A stretch of 64,000 nt of DNA from Mycoavidus cysteinexigens (GCA_031963205.1 JASSUB010000007.1:808-64807), one strand, 5' to 3'. Positions 38,166 to 47,413 are shown, numbered from the stretch's first letter. Numbers and translations are program-made. The notes: generated from the sequence alone by a model not told the origin.

Positions 38166-39301
38166 CCAAACTGCAGCAACTATGGCAAGTCATGAGTAGC
38201 AGATACAAGCCCAATTTCAAGCGGCGCTTGCGCTGGGCCCAGCGGCGCTTCCACCAAAAACGTGCTGAATTCTATCTTGATCTGGCGAGCCAAATCGAAG
38301 TACAGCCAGGGCAAACACTGGCCCTATTTTTACAAAAATATGCCCTACGCTACCCAGGCGAACCGATCGGCATTGTGTGCGCTCACTGGCTCGTGCGCTT
38401 CGAAGAAACGGCCCGCTTCTCGCGAGCCGTCACCCAAACGCTTCCTCCCGAAGAGGTTACCGTGCTTGCCGTTGCTGAAGAATCAGGTGATCTTAAAATA
38501 GGGCTACGCACCTTAGCAACCAATATCAATGCCCTTGAAGCCACTAAGCATTTATTCCTTTTAATCAATGCCAGCGCGCTCGTCGGCCTGGCCATTTTGC
38601 ATATTTTTTTAGGCCTAATTGGCTATTGGATCGTGCCGAAAATCGAATCTGCGATGAACCTCGATAGCAACCTGTATGGACCGATTGCGCAAACCTATCA
38701 TCTATTTGCCACCGCAATCCGCATGCTTGGCCCAGCTTGGCTGGCCCTACTCGTGGCCGCCTTGATATGGGGCTCTTGGTCAATCAAAAACTATACTGGG
38801 CATTGGCGAGCATGGCTTGATCAACACGTCATCTTTTACAGCGTGCACCGAGATTTTGCCGGTGCGCTGTTCCTCGCGACCATCGCTTCCATCACCCAGA
38901 AAATTGGCGCACGTGCAATCAGCATCCACGAAGCCTTGTTACGCATTAAACCCTACGCGTCCCCTTGGCTTGCTACGCACATTGAGCGGATTTTGCGCAA
39001 TCTTGAAGAAATTCCCAATGCCGGCGGAGAAGCATTTGCCACCGGCATTCTTCAGCGGGAATTCCAGTATCGCCTGCAAGATATTAGCGAATACCAAAAA
39101 CTGGATCTCGCGCTCCTCACCGTCGCCCAATATATTCTGCGCGAAACGCCAAAGCGTATTCAACGAACCGCTACGCTAATCCGCTATAGCCTCTCATGCG
39201 CCACCGTAGTGATCATGATGGGCCTGTATTTTGGGCTACTTGGGATGATTCATGAATTCCAAGCCTCTGCCGCCATGCAAAATATCATCCTGAGCCCCTA
39301 G
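38147..39301 (+). CDS. pilR: Type IVb pilus platform protein PilR (GspF family)
   Basis: RAEFYLDLA, LAVAEESGDL, three TM segments; follows pilQ. Confidence 0.85.
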   Translation: MHSPPLTKLQQLWQVMSSRYKPNFKRRLRWAQRRFHQKRAEFYLDLASQIEVQPGQTLALFLQKYALRYPGEPIGIVCAHWLVRFEETARFSRAVTQTLPPEEVTVLAVAEESGDLKIGLRTLATNINALEATKHLFLLINASALVGLAILHIFLGLIGYWIVPKIESAMNLDSNLYGPIAQTYHLFATAIRMLGPAWLALLVAALIWGSWSIKNYTGHWRAWLDQHVIFYSVHRDFAGALFLATIASITQKIGARAISIHEALLRIKPYASPWLATHIERILRNLEEIPNAGGEAFATGILQREFQYRLQDISEYQKLDLALLTVAQYILRETPKRIQRTATLIRYSLSCATVVIMMGLYFGLLGMIHEFQASAAMQNIILSP

Positions 39302-39375
39302 TCGGCCGCGGCTTGGCTTCTGGTTAGCAGCACAAGCCCCCTCCTTTATTTCATTCACCCGATTTGGAGACCACG

Positions 39376-39957
39376 ATGAAGAAACATTCACGACCACAAC
39401 CCAGCACATTGGTCAGCACTGGGCACCATGCTCAGCCACCTAAAGATCGCCGTCAGCGCGGCTCGGCCATGGCTGAATATGGCTTAATGCTCTTGCTGGT
39501 CTCCTTTGGGCTAGTCGGCACACTGGTTTATTTTTCCACCAATAGCCATATCACACACGCCAACACGCTGGCGATGGATCTCAACACTCTGATTGGTACA
39601 GTGCGTACCGCGTATGCTGGCAATTACGGAGCAATTAACAATACCGCGCTACATCAAGGCGGTTTTTTCCGCTCTATGCCGTCACTCAAAGATAATCACG
39701 GCACAGTAACCGTCTCACCCGGCAATGGCGTACTGATTGTGACCCCTGGCCAAATCAACACAGCCAGCGACGCGGTTCAATACCAAATCACCAACCTACC
39801 CGATATAGCCTGTTTACTGCTTGCTACGGCCCTGGCGCGCAGCGCGGCACGACTCACGCTCAATGCCAGCGAAGTTAAAGCGCCTGGCAGCCAACCCGAC
39901 CCCTCTCAGATCCGCTGTTCAGGCGACGCGAACACACTCACCCTGGTGTTTGGCTAA
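39376..39957 (+). CDS. pilS: Type IVb major prepilin PilS
   Basis: 29-aa leader ending RQRG|SAMAE (G-1, E+5), hydrophobic helix, YAGNYG, D-region Cys pair (IAC...IRC). Confidence 0.9.
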   Translation: MKKHSRPQPSTLVSTGHHAQPPKDRRQRGSAMAEYGLMLLLVSFGLVGTLVYFSTNSHITHANTLAMDLNTLIGTVRTAYAGNYGAINNTALHQGGFFRSMPSLKDNHGTVTVSPGNGVLIVTPGQINTASDAVQYQITNLPDIACLLLATALARSAARLTLNASEVKAPGSQPDPSQIRCSGDANTLTLVFG

Positions 39958-39980
39958 CCGTACTCACGCCGAGAAGCCCC

Positions 39981-41201
39981 ATGAAAACCTTCACTGACAT
40001 CAACTATTTAACCCCTCTGCGCTGGCCCCCTGATCATCGGCACGCTGAGCGACCGCCAAGGCGCGTTGGACGCTCACCCAATCTCGGCTGGCGCAAAAAA
40101 TGCCAACGTGGTTTTATCACCATCGATATAGCATTAGCCATGACACTTTCGACCATTAGCATGGTGGCTGCGGTCTACAAAGTACACACTGAGATTGCGC
40201 AGATTTTTGCAAAATCGACCGGACAGTATCTCTACATCCTACAAACTGGCGTCAATAACTATGTGCAAACTCACTATGACACACTCGCCAATGGCGAGAC
40301 GATTACGCGTATAGAAAATTCGCTTGAGCCAACCGTCGCCGAATTGCGCGCACTCAAATTCCTGCTTCCCACCTTTGCCGATACCAGCCCACTTGGACTC
40401 TCTTTTGCCACCCAACTCAAGCCAGAAAACTGTCCAGGCCTAGCCTGTTCAATCACCGGACTGATTTATTCTAAACACCCTTATCGTGATCAAGAAGGCA
40501 CGCTGCGGATCGATTTGTTAGCTCAGGCCAGATTGGCGGCTGGTGCAGATGCCGCCCTCTCCACCGCGGCCAATGGCGGCCGACTGGTTGGCTTGGATAA
40601 TAAGTGGTGGCAAGCTAACCCGCTAGGCAACGTAGCCGGCACGCTAGCCGCACGAGTAGGCGCTGTGACAGGTAATTTAACTTGGCAACTGAAACAGCTG
40701 TACAAACTAGATGGCTCACGCCCATTAACCGGCTCAATGAATGCCGGTGGGCAAGCTATCCTCCACGCTAAAACCATGGCAACAGAATGGCTGGCAGCAA
40801 ATGACGCCATGGTGCAAAAAAAACTCACCGCGCACAATTTACAATTAACCCGCTTGGCGCCAGCAGGTGCGAGTTGCGATGAAGGATATGGCGCGATTGC
40901 CATCGATCGCTCTGGTTTTCTATTGACCTGTCAAGCCGGTATTTGGCGCTCAGGCAGCGCACAAAGTTTCACTGGCTGGCAGTCTCTGCCAGCGTCCGGA
41001 TGCGTGCAGCAAAACGGCTTGCTACTGGCCACCTCACACTACAATACGCATATGGTGGGCCGCACCTCTGGCATGGTGCGCTTTGAAGACTATAAACGCG
41101 ACAAATATGGGCAGGGCAAAAACAGTGCATTGATGCCAATCATGCAAGGGGAATGCTTCGAAATCCAGGGCGCAGAAAGAGTCTGGTTTATGGGCATGTA
41201 A
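39981..41201 (+). CDS. pilV: Type IVb minor pilin/tip adhesin PilV (shufflon-type)
   Basis: CQRG|FITID prepilin site, PTVAELRALKFL, LYKLDGSRPLTGSMNAGG, LLTCQAGIW constant/variable junction. Confidence 0.87.
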   Translation: MKTFTDINYLTPLRWPPDHRHAERPPRRVGRSPNLGWRKKCQRGFITIDIALAMTLSTISMVAAVYKVHTEIAQIFAKSTGQYLYILQTGVNNYVQTHYDTLANGETITRIENSLEPTVAELRALKFLLPTFADTSPLGLSFATQLKPENCPGLACSITGLIYSKHPYRDQEGTLRIDLLAQARLAAGADAALSTAANGGRLVGLDNKWWQANPLGNVAGTLAARVGAVTGNLTWQLKQLYKLDGSRPLTGSMNAGGQAILHAKTMATEWLAANDAMVQKKLTAHNLQLTRLAPAGASCDEGYGAIAIDRSGFLLTCQAGIWRSGSAQSFTGWQSLPASGCVQQNGLLLATSHYNTHMVGRTSGMVRFEDYKRDKYGQGKNSALMPIMQGECFEIQGAERVWFMGM

Positions 41202-41230
41202 AGCGTTCACACCTGCTCAGTTGCCTGCTG

Positions 41231-42475
41231 ATGAGCCCTCTTTCAAAGCCAAGCCATGCGCCAAACCGCATGCAGTTGCCTAGCTTAATTTATTACAGCC
41301 TTGCCGGCACAGCCATTGCCCTTATTGCCTGGTTTCCTGGCCACTGGCTAGTCAGTTTAGCGCTGCTACCCTGGCTCTGGCGCAAAGCGCATACACACTG
41401 GCAAGTGACGGCACTTTGGCTGGGCTATTACCTGACTGGGGCACGCGATATTCCGCTGATATGCGCACGCTTTTTCAGCGGCCACGAAGAGCTGTCTGCC
41501 AGCTTGGGCTATATGCTAGGCATCGGTTTTTGGTTAGCGCAAGCGGTCTTGCTTGCACTCCCCTGGTCGCTATTCCACCCCGCGTCCAAAACATCTGTAG
41601 CCAAAATCATGATCCGGGTATTTATCGCCCTCTTCTGCACCAATCTACCGCCGCTTGGCATCATTGGCTGGCTATCTCCGCTGCATATCAGCAGCGCACT
41701 CTTTCCAGCTTGGGGAGGGTTAGGTTTACTCCTTGGCCTCGGGACACTTTGCCTTGCCGCTGTGCGTCCCGGCAATCGTCAAACAATATGGCTTATCTTA
41801 TGTTTAGCTAGCCTGGCTCTAAGCGCACATAAAAATGAAACTCGCCCGACCATACCTGCCGGCTGGCTAGCACTTGATTTACAACTTGGCCGACTTGATC
41901 AAAGCACGCTACCTGCATTATTTAAGCGCACCGAGCAAGTGCAAAGCGCGCTCTCACAAGCACTCTCCCAACCTACCACCACAGTGGTTGTCTTACCAGA
42001 AGAAATTATCGGACTCTGGCGGCCAGCTTTGGCTTTTTGGTGGCAAGAACAGATACGCCAAGCGGCGCGTCAGGGTCAAACCTTTTTACTTGGCGCCGAT
42101 CTCCTTAAGCAAGAAATTCCGCTACGCTACACCAATAGTGTCTTGGCATTCGGCCACTACCCAGCTCGCTTAGATAGCCGTATGCCGATGCCAGCCGGCC
42201 TCTGGCGCCCAGGCAGCGCAATCAGCGCAATAGCCGGAAAACTCGGACAACCTTACCTCAAACTTGGCGACCTTCAAACCGCGCTTTCGATCTGCTATGA
42301 AGACTTTTTATGGTGGCCGCATTGGCGCCTATTCTTCGCACCACCGGAGGTCCTCATTAGCGTGGCAAACCAATGGTTTAGCAGCGATTTGCCTCTAGCC
42401 GAAATGCAACAACAAAGCATCCATTCCCTGGCTCGACTGGTTAGAGTTCCAATCGTGCGCTCGACTAATCGCTGA
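41231..42475 (+). CDS. Conjugal TraB-like membrane protein with CN-hydrolase (Lnt-like) domain
   Basis: Multiple N-terminal TMs, GIIGWLSPL, VVLPEE, SRMPMPAGLWRP (Ti TraB 'ERMPVP..MWQP'-like), SICYED, SVANQW. Confidence 0.78.
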   Translation: MSPLSKPSHAPNRMQLPSLIYYSLAGTAIALIAWFPGHWLVSLALLPWLWRKAHTHWQVTALWLGYYLTGARDIPLICARFFSGHEELSASLGYMLGIGFWLAQAVLLALPWSLFHPASKTSVAKIMIRVFIALFCTNLPPLGIIGWLSPLHISSALFPAWGGLGLLLGLGTLCLAAVRPGNRQTIWLILCLASLALSAHKNETRPTIPAGWLALDLQLGRLDQSTLPALFKRTEQVQSALSQALSQPTTTVVVLPEEIIGLWRPALAFWWQEQIRQAARQGQTFLLGADLLKQEIPLRYTNSVLAFGHYPARLDSRMPMPAGLWRPGSAISAIAGKLGQPYLKLGDLQTALSICYEDFLWWPHWRLFFAPPEVLISVANQWFSSDLPLAEMQQQSIHSLARLVRVPIVRSTNR

Positions 42476-42653
42476 GTGCCCCCCGACTAATTGGCTAATT
42501 ATTCATTCTAAGGCGTGTATTAACTTGCATTGTCACTCCAATCGTATAAGATAAAACAAACCTCATAAGCACAGATCAGTGCTAATGAAATGTTCGCGGT
42601 TTGGCTCTGTTCATTTTGAATGGCCGCAGGTCTGTCTGACTTAGAGCTTTTAA

Positions 42654-42709
42654 CCCTAATGGGGAACTTATCCTTCCCCATTAGGGCACATGGTGAGTTC
42701 CTTTTTTTT
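42654..42709 (+). promoter_or_regulatory. Structured leader: 13-bp hairpin with alternative/pseudoknot pairing and U8 tract
   Basis: CCCTAATGGGGAA-CTTATCC-TTCCCCATTAGGG; GGAACTTATCC can alternatively pair with GGTGAGTTCC (42692-42701), which is followed by T8 and a GAGGAG RBS. Confidence 0.6.
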
Positions 42710-42726
42710 ATTTGAGGAGAACCATC

Positions 42727-43047
42727 ATGAATCAAATAACTCAGTTCGATGAAGCCCAAGTATCTGAATATCAAATCACCGGTATTCACTACTTAGCTTC
42801 TACAGGCAAAAAACCACCCAAAGTAAGCCAATTTAGCCAATCCACTCAGCCCTTTTTAACCTGGTTTTTTTCAGTTTTTCGTGGCAAAACCAAGGGTCTT
42901 CGTTGGTTGAGTCTGGACTGGATATCCCCAAAACGTTTACTGCAATTAAGATGGGTTAAGATTGTGAGCAGCGACGCTCAGCCACGCTTGCTTGATGAAG
43001 CATTGGTTGAAATAGATGACATCATCAACCCCTTAGATCAATATTAA
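42727..43047 (+). CDS. Shortened DUF3577-like ICE protein
   Basis: YQITGIHYL, QPFLTWFFSVFRG and RLLQLRWVKI recall DUF3577 blocks (HTTGIGYL, PFLACDIAALNG, RLLFISWIK); middle apparently deleted; strong RBS. Confidence 0.5.
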   Translation: MNQITQFDEAQVSEYQITGIHYLASTGKKPPKVSQFSQSTQPFLTWFFSVFRGKTKGLRWLSLDWISPKRLLQLRWVKIVSSDAQPRLLDEALVEIDDIINPLDQY

Positions 43048-43081
43048 CTGTATTATTTTTAAGCAAAATGCTTAAGCTTTG

Positions 43082-43112
43082 AAAATCCTGTCCTATCGAC
43101 GGGATTTTCTTT
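43082..43112 (+). terminator. Intrinsic terminator
   Basis: AAAATCCTGTC-CTATC-GACGGGATTTT followed by CTTTT. Confidence 0.7.
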
Positions 43113-43475
43113 TATGCGCTAAAGCTTTTTCACGAAAAAATTGACCCCCCTTAATATAACGCCCAAACTTTTGGGTCTGCTGTATGACTGACTCATTTTA
43201 ATGGCCCTAAAGCATAGACGCCTGCAAGAAAGCATGGCACTATACCCACTAGCTCAGGATGTTCGAGCGTTTGCGTATATCGCTTGATAAATACGCCCCA
43301 ATACCCGATTCGGCTGCCGCAAGGTCGGGTGAAAAAAGCAGTGTGCTTCACCCTCATCTCCAGGTTGCTGCAAACGTGGCGCTTCCAACCCTGGGGGCTG
43401 AGCTACTCGTCGCAGCCCGAACGGCTGCGATTATTCTTATCTTGACGTGGAAGCTGCAATTTTCCCAGCTAAAAA

Positions 43476-44900
43476 TCACCCTACTCGGGCCAATAAAATA
43501 AGCGCCAAAATCACCGTTAACGCCCCGCCAATACGCGTCGCCAATTGCGCAAACGGCATTAACTGCAGGCTGTTAGCCGCTGTCAGAATCGCCATATCGC
43601 CAATCCCCCCCATACCGCTATGACAGGCATTGATCACCGCACTTTCGACCGGCTGCAAACCAACCCAACGCCCAACCGCAAAGCCCACTGTCGTTAAGGT
43701 CAACACAGTCGCAATAATCGTGACGCAATTGGCCAGCGTAAAAGCGGCTAGCAGCCCCTCCCATGGGGTCAGCGTCAAGCCAATGCCAAACAATAACGGA
43801 TACGCCACAGCGCTACAGAAAAAATGATGCATCAGCTGCGCACCATATTCCAATTTAGGCGAGACCGTGCGCGTCAATTTAACCAGCACCGCCAGGCACA
43901 GCATCACGATCGGCGCCGGCCATGCTGTGCATTGATGCACCAACAGTCCAATCATATAGAGGCCCAAGGCGAGCATGCCGGCCCCGGCTAAAGGCTCCAT
44001 TGCCATCGGCGACAGAGTATGTTCTCTAGCTGGGGTACCCATCAATAACCCACAACCTTCTGCACGATAGCACGGATAACGCTTACCCAGCTGATGATAT
44101 AACGCGGCACAGATAACCGCCGTCAAATTACCCAGCACCACTGGCGGCACAACCTGCGCAAAGAGTTGAGGTTGCGGCAGATGTAAAATTGCCGCATAGC
44201 CAAATGTCAGCGGAATCGCTCCCTCACCGAGGCCACCGGCCATAATTGGAATCACTAAATAGAAAAAAGTATCATATGCGCTACGGCCAAACGCGAGACC
44301 CGTCAAAGTACCAACTAACGCGGCGGCAATCGAGCCTGCCGCCAGTGGGATAAAAATTTTAGCGCAACCTTGAAGCAACACCTGTCGATCCATACTCAGC
44401 AAGCTGCCAACCACAATGGCCGCGGTAAACAGATAAAGAACCTTGGTGGCATGCCAAAACTCGCCAATCGAGCGAACTAAATCAGCGGGTATCCACTGAT
44501 AATGCACTAAGCATGAGGGCAATAAGAGCGTCATAATCACTGGCCCGCCAATGCGCCGTAAGCCAGGCAGACGTGCGCCCAACTCTGAGCAGGTAAAACC
44601 AAGCACGGCAAGGGTGGCGAACATCACGGAAATTTCGCCTGGCAGTGTACCCCAAATTAAAAAAGCGCCTAAGCAAGCAAAAATGGCGCAATACAGAGGC
44701 AGTGGCACAATGCCGATACGAAACTGTAACAGTTGCCGCCACCCAACTGACCAAGCTCGTAATCGTAGCGCATAAAAATAGCTTTTAGAGACCGGCAAAC
44801 CTTGGTATAAAACTACTTTTGCCCGCCCGCGAAATAACATAGAATACATTAGATAGGCATAACAACGATGCATCCAATGCCTTTTGGCTTGAGGTTCCAT
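43476..44900 (-). CDS. 2-hydroxycarboxylate (citrate/malate) symporter, 2-HCT family, intact copy
   Basis: RIGIVPLPLY, IVVGSLLSMDR, PIMAGGLGEGAIPL, ACHSGMGGIGDMAIL, LMPFAQLATRIGGA. Confidence 0.92.
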   Translation of the reverse strand: MEPQAKRHWMHRCYAYLMYSMLFRGRAKVVLYQGLPVSKSYFYALRLRAWSVGWRQLLQFRIGIVPLPLYCAIFACLGAFLIWGTLPGEISVMFATLAVLGFTCSELGARLPGLRRIGGPVIMTLLLPSCLVHYQWIPADLVRSIGEFWHATKVLYLFTAAIVVGSLLSMDRQVLLQGCAKIFIPLAAGSIAAALVGTLTGLAFGRSAYDTFFYLVIPIMAGGLGEGAIPLTFGYAAILHLPQPQLFAQVVPPVVLGNLTAVICAALYHQLGKRYPCYRAEGCGLLMGTPAREHTLSPMAMEPLAGAGMLALGLYMIGLLVHQCTAWPAPIVMLCLAVLVKLTRTVSPKLEYGAQLMHHFFCSAVAYPLLFGIGLTLTPWEGLLAAFTLANCVTIIATVLTLTTVGFAVGRWVGLQPVESAVINACHSGMGGIGDMAILTAANSLQLMPFAQLATRIGGALTVILALILLARVG

Positions 44901-45034
44901 AAACGCTCCCTTTTACGCCGATCATTACAGTTGAAAGGAGTGTAGGTAGCTTCCTCTCTTTTTGATAACGACAGGCCGTATTATTTTATTTATATCGATG
45001 ATGGGAATAGGGGATAAGGTTTTATACCCTCCGC

Positions 45035-46105
45035 CTATGGCAACAACTGAATCATCTCCGGATTCACAGATACCGCTTCTGCCACCAGCGGCACCGCCTC
45101 AAGCAAACGGTATTCCGCTTCGCTTAAATTGAGATGACGCTTAGTATGGCGAGGTTGTTTCAGGCCCATAAAAATATCTTTAGGGACCGCACCAAATAGT
45201 TTTTTGATGGTATTCACACGTGCTTGCGCCAACGCCTGAGCGGTTGGCAAAAAATCAAGCCGCGTCAGCTGAATCAGAGCGTCCTGGGTTAAATATTTTT
45301 GCCAATACACTGCGCGCTCAAAGATGCTACGACATTTATGCTTGACTGCTTGTAAAGCTTGATGGCCTTCCTGCGATGAAATCAAATCCCGATACTGCGC
45401 AGATTTGACAATCCGAGCATAACTGTCGACTTCAACCAACAGTAACGCAATCATAAAACCGTATGGAGAAGCAAAACCAAGGCGAACCTTAGCAGGCTCC
45501 CGAGCTTGTAGAATTGAATAAGAAAGTCCTTTTTGTTTCAATTCGTCAAGTTTGCCTAGCATGCGCTTTTGTTGTGCGTTAATAAGCTTACGCACTTCGG
45601 CAATACGGTTCGAAATTTCAATCAAAGCCCAGTCAGCATAAGGATTATCATTACCGGATAACGACCAAAGGGCGCGCAACGCAGCGGCCACGCGCTTGCC
45701 TCCGGCGCTCGGCGAGCCTGATTCTCCAGGCCGAATTGCCAAACCGAGGAAAAGCCGCATCGCATGCACCGTATGCAACTCCATCGTATCTTCCACTTGA
45801 GTAGCCAGCTGCCCCAACGTTTTAATTTTGCGCGCATCGCTGATGGGTACAAGTGCGTCTGCACTTTGCCGCGCAGCATACGTTGCCTGCATGTGTTTCA
45901 GGCTTTGTTCGCGCTCACAATAAAGCTCATAACGGGCAAAAAATGGATCGGCCGGATCAGGCGCATTTGATTGCAGCAAGTGCCACACAATTTTACGCTC
46001 GGCCGCCAGATCATAATGGTCTGGAAAAGGCGAATCCGCCGAAGTCGCAAATGCATTAAGAGCCGAGTTCCACCGCCTGGGCCGTGATGGTGCTTTAGTG
46101 ACCAT
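45035..46105 (-). CDS. PFL_4669-family ICE protein (InrR/AcaB-like regulator)
   Basis: MELHTVHAMRLF, GNDNPYADWALIE, GFASPYGF, FGAVPKDIFMG..PRH. Confidence 0.82.
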   Translation of the reverse strand: MVTKAPSRPRRWNSALNAFATSADSPFPDHYDLAAERKIVWHLLQSNAPDPADPFFARYELYCEREQSLKHMQATYAARQSADALVPISDARKIKTLGQLATQVEDTMELHTVHAMRLFLGLAIRPGESGSPSAGGKRVAAALRALWSLSGNDNPYADWALIEISNRIAEVRKLINAQQKRMLGKLDELKQKGLSYSILQAREPAKVRLGFASPYGFMIALLLVEVDSYARIVKSAQYRDLISSQEGHQALQAVKHKCRSIFERAVYWQKYLTQDALIQLTRLDFLPTAQALAQARVNTIKKLFGAVPKDIFMGLKQPRHTKRHLNLSEAEYRLLEAVPLVAEAVSVNPEMIQLLP

Positions 46106-46328
46106 CACGATACTCCGTACGCGCCTGATGAACCGCTAAACAGTGCCCTCTCCATTGAAGCAACTCAACCATTAGCAGCCCATGCCACACAACACTCCTA
46201 AGATAATAGGCAAACCACACAAGATAGAAAAAATACAGTTCATCCGAACGCATCCAAAAACGATTAAATTGCCGCTCAAAGTCGCCCATTTCGCTCAGTA
46301 ATATATCTGTACGAGGTTTCCAGCTCAT
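46095..46328 (-). CDS. Small hypothetical membrane protein
   Basis: ATG overlaps the upstream TGA (TGATG) and its 3' end overlaps the PFL_4669 start; hydrophobic core YFFYLVWFAYYL..VVWHGLLMV. Confidence 0.5.
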   Translation of the reverse strand: MSWKPRTDILLSEMGDFERQFNRFWMRSDELYFFYLVWFAYYLRSVVWHGLLMVELLQWRGHCLAVHQARTEYRDGH

Positions 46329-47050
46329 CACTTTCTCATTTTCACATTCAAAGCAGCACATAACGTAGTCAACGTGAACTGCGGAAATTCGCTATGGAGC
46401 GCAATGTAACGCTCGCGATTGTCTTGACGCTCTTGGCAAATTTTTTGCCAGATGCGGTAAATTTGATGAACTTGTTGTAATGGCAGATGAACCGCTTTAG
46501 CCGGCGGCACGACTGCCAACGCTTTGCGTAATCGGCCCACCTGTGTGCGTGTCACTTGGGGGAAGGTACTTCTGAGCAACGCTAGGCTAGCTTGCGCGCG
46601 TACAAAATACTGCAGCGCCGCGTCCTCCCACTCCATCGATTCAATATGCTCACACCGAAAATTCAATGTATGAGCATGAATTAACACGCGCACAGAATTC
46701 ATTGCCAACAGTCGATTGATCAAGCCTTCAATATCCGGCTCGCGCAAGATCTGCAACGTAGCGCTGGAGAGCCCCTCCAACTTGGCATGAGCTCTAATAG
46801 AGGTGATTAATTCAAGTAACGCAGACCGGCGCAGATCATTTGAATTCAATTCAATCAACCGATCATCCAGGCGGCAACCTTGCGCCAAGCAGGACACAGT
46901 ATTTTTAGGTTGAATTTTTTTATTTTCAGTTAAATTGTCAGCGTTTACATGACCCTCTGGCAATTGACTGACAGGATTTTGGGCATTCACGCATGAGGCA
47001 AGCTTGGCTTTAATGTCCTCCACACTAAATTTACGCACGAACTGGCTCAT
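46328..47050 (-). CDS. DUF2857/STY4526-like protein (BisC-like ICE activator subunit)
   Basis: C-terminal half ALQYFVRAQASLALLRSTF..QVGRLRKAL..IYRIWQKI..LTTLCAAL resembles DUF2857; upstream of the PFL_4669 gene as in ICEclc-type elements. Confidence 0.6.
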   Translation of the reverse strand: MSQFVRKFSVEDIKAKLASCVNAQNPVSQLPEGHVNADNLTENKKIQPKNTVSCLAQGCRLDDRLIELNSNDLRRSALLELITSIRAHAKLEGLSSATLQILREPDIEGLINRLLAMNSVRVLIHAHTLNFRCEHIESMEWEDAALQYFVRAQASLALLRSTFPQVTRTQVGRLRKALAVVPPAKAVHLPLQQVHQIYRIWQKICQERQDNRERYIALHSEFPQFTLTTLCAALNVKMRK

Positions 47051-47178
47051 ACGCATTCCTGCTCGCAAAGAGCCTGCAGCACTGCGATTATTGGGTGATA
47101 AAATAAACGATAAGGCAAGAGGTCACATAAACTCCCTAGCCCGTTCCTGGTCAAAACCAGTGAGCTAATCGTCGACAT
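47047..47178 (-). CDS. 43-aa hydrophobic small ORF
   Basis: MSTISSLVLTRNGLGSYVTSCLIVYFITPIIAVLQALCEQECV*; stop overlaps the next ATG (ATGA); AAGGGA upstream. Confidence 0.3.
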   Translation of the reverse strand: MSTISSLVLTRNGLGSLCDLLPYRLFYHPIIAVLQALCEQECV

Positions 47179-47413
47179 CGGCGCTTCCCTTGATTCGCTA
47201 AAAATGGTTTAACATACTGATCTCCCTCACTATCGCCCCTCTTGGGAAATCCAACTTTTTCCTTTTTCACTTTATTTTCAGTGACTTAGATTAAAAGACG
47301 GATAAAGCAATCACTCTAAAACCCTCTTTATGTATCAATATATGCCAGTTATTTTTGTTTAACAAGAAAAATTTGCAGTGACGCTATTTTTTCTGGCAGG
47401 TACATTGTATGAC

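Noticed and set aside
43259-43501. 80-aa ORF between the DUF3577-like gene and the 2-HCT gene
   Set aside because: No RBS or recognisable motif, and it overlaps the convergent transporter's end.
47350-47380. Phage 434-like operator (ACAAGAAAAATTTG) upstream of the XRE gene
   Set aside because: The palindrome is imperfect, occurs once and lies in AT-rich DNA; it cannot be distinguished from chance.
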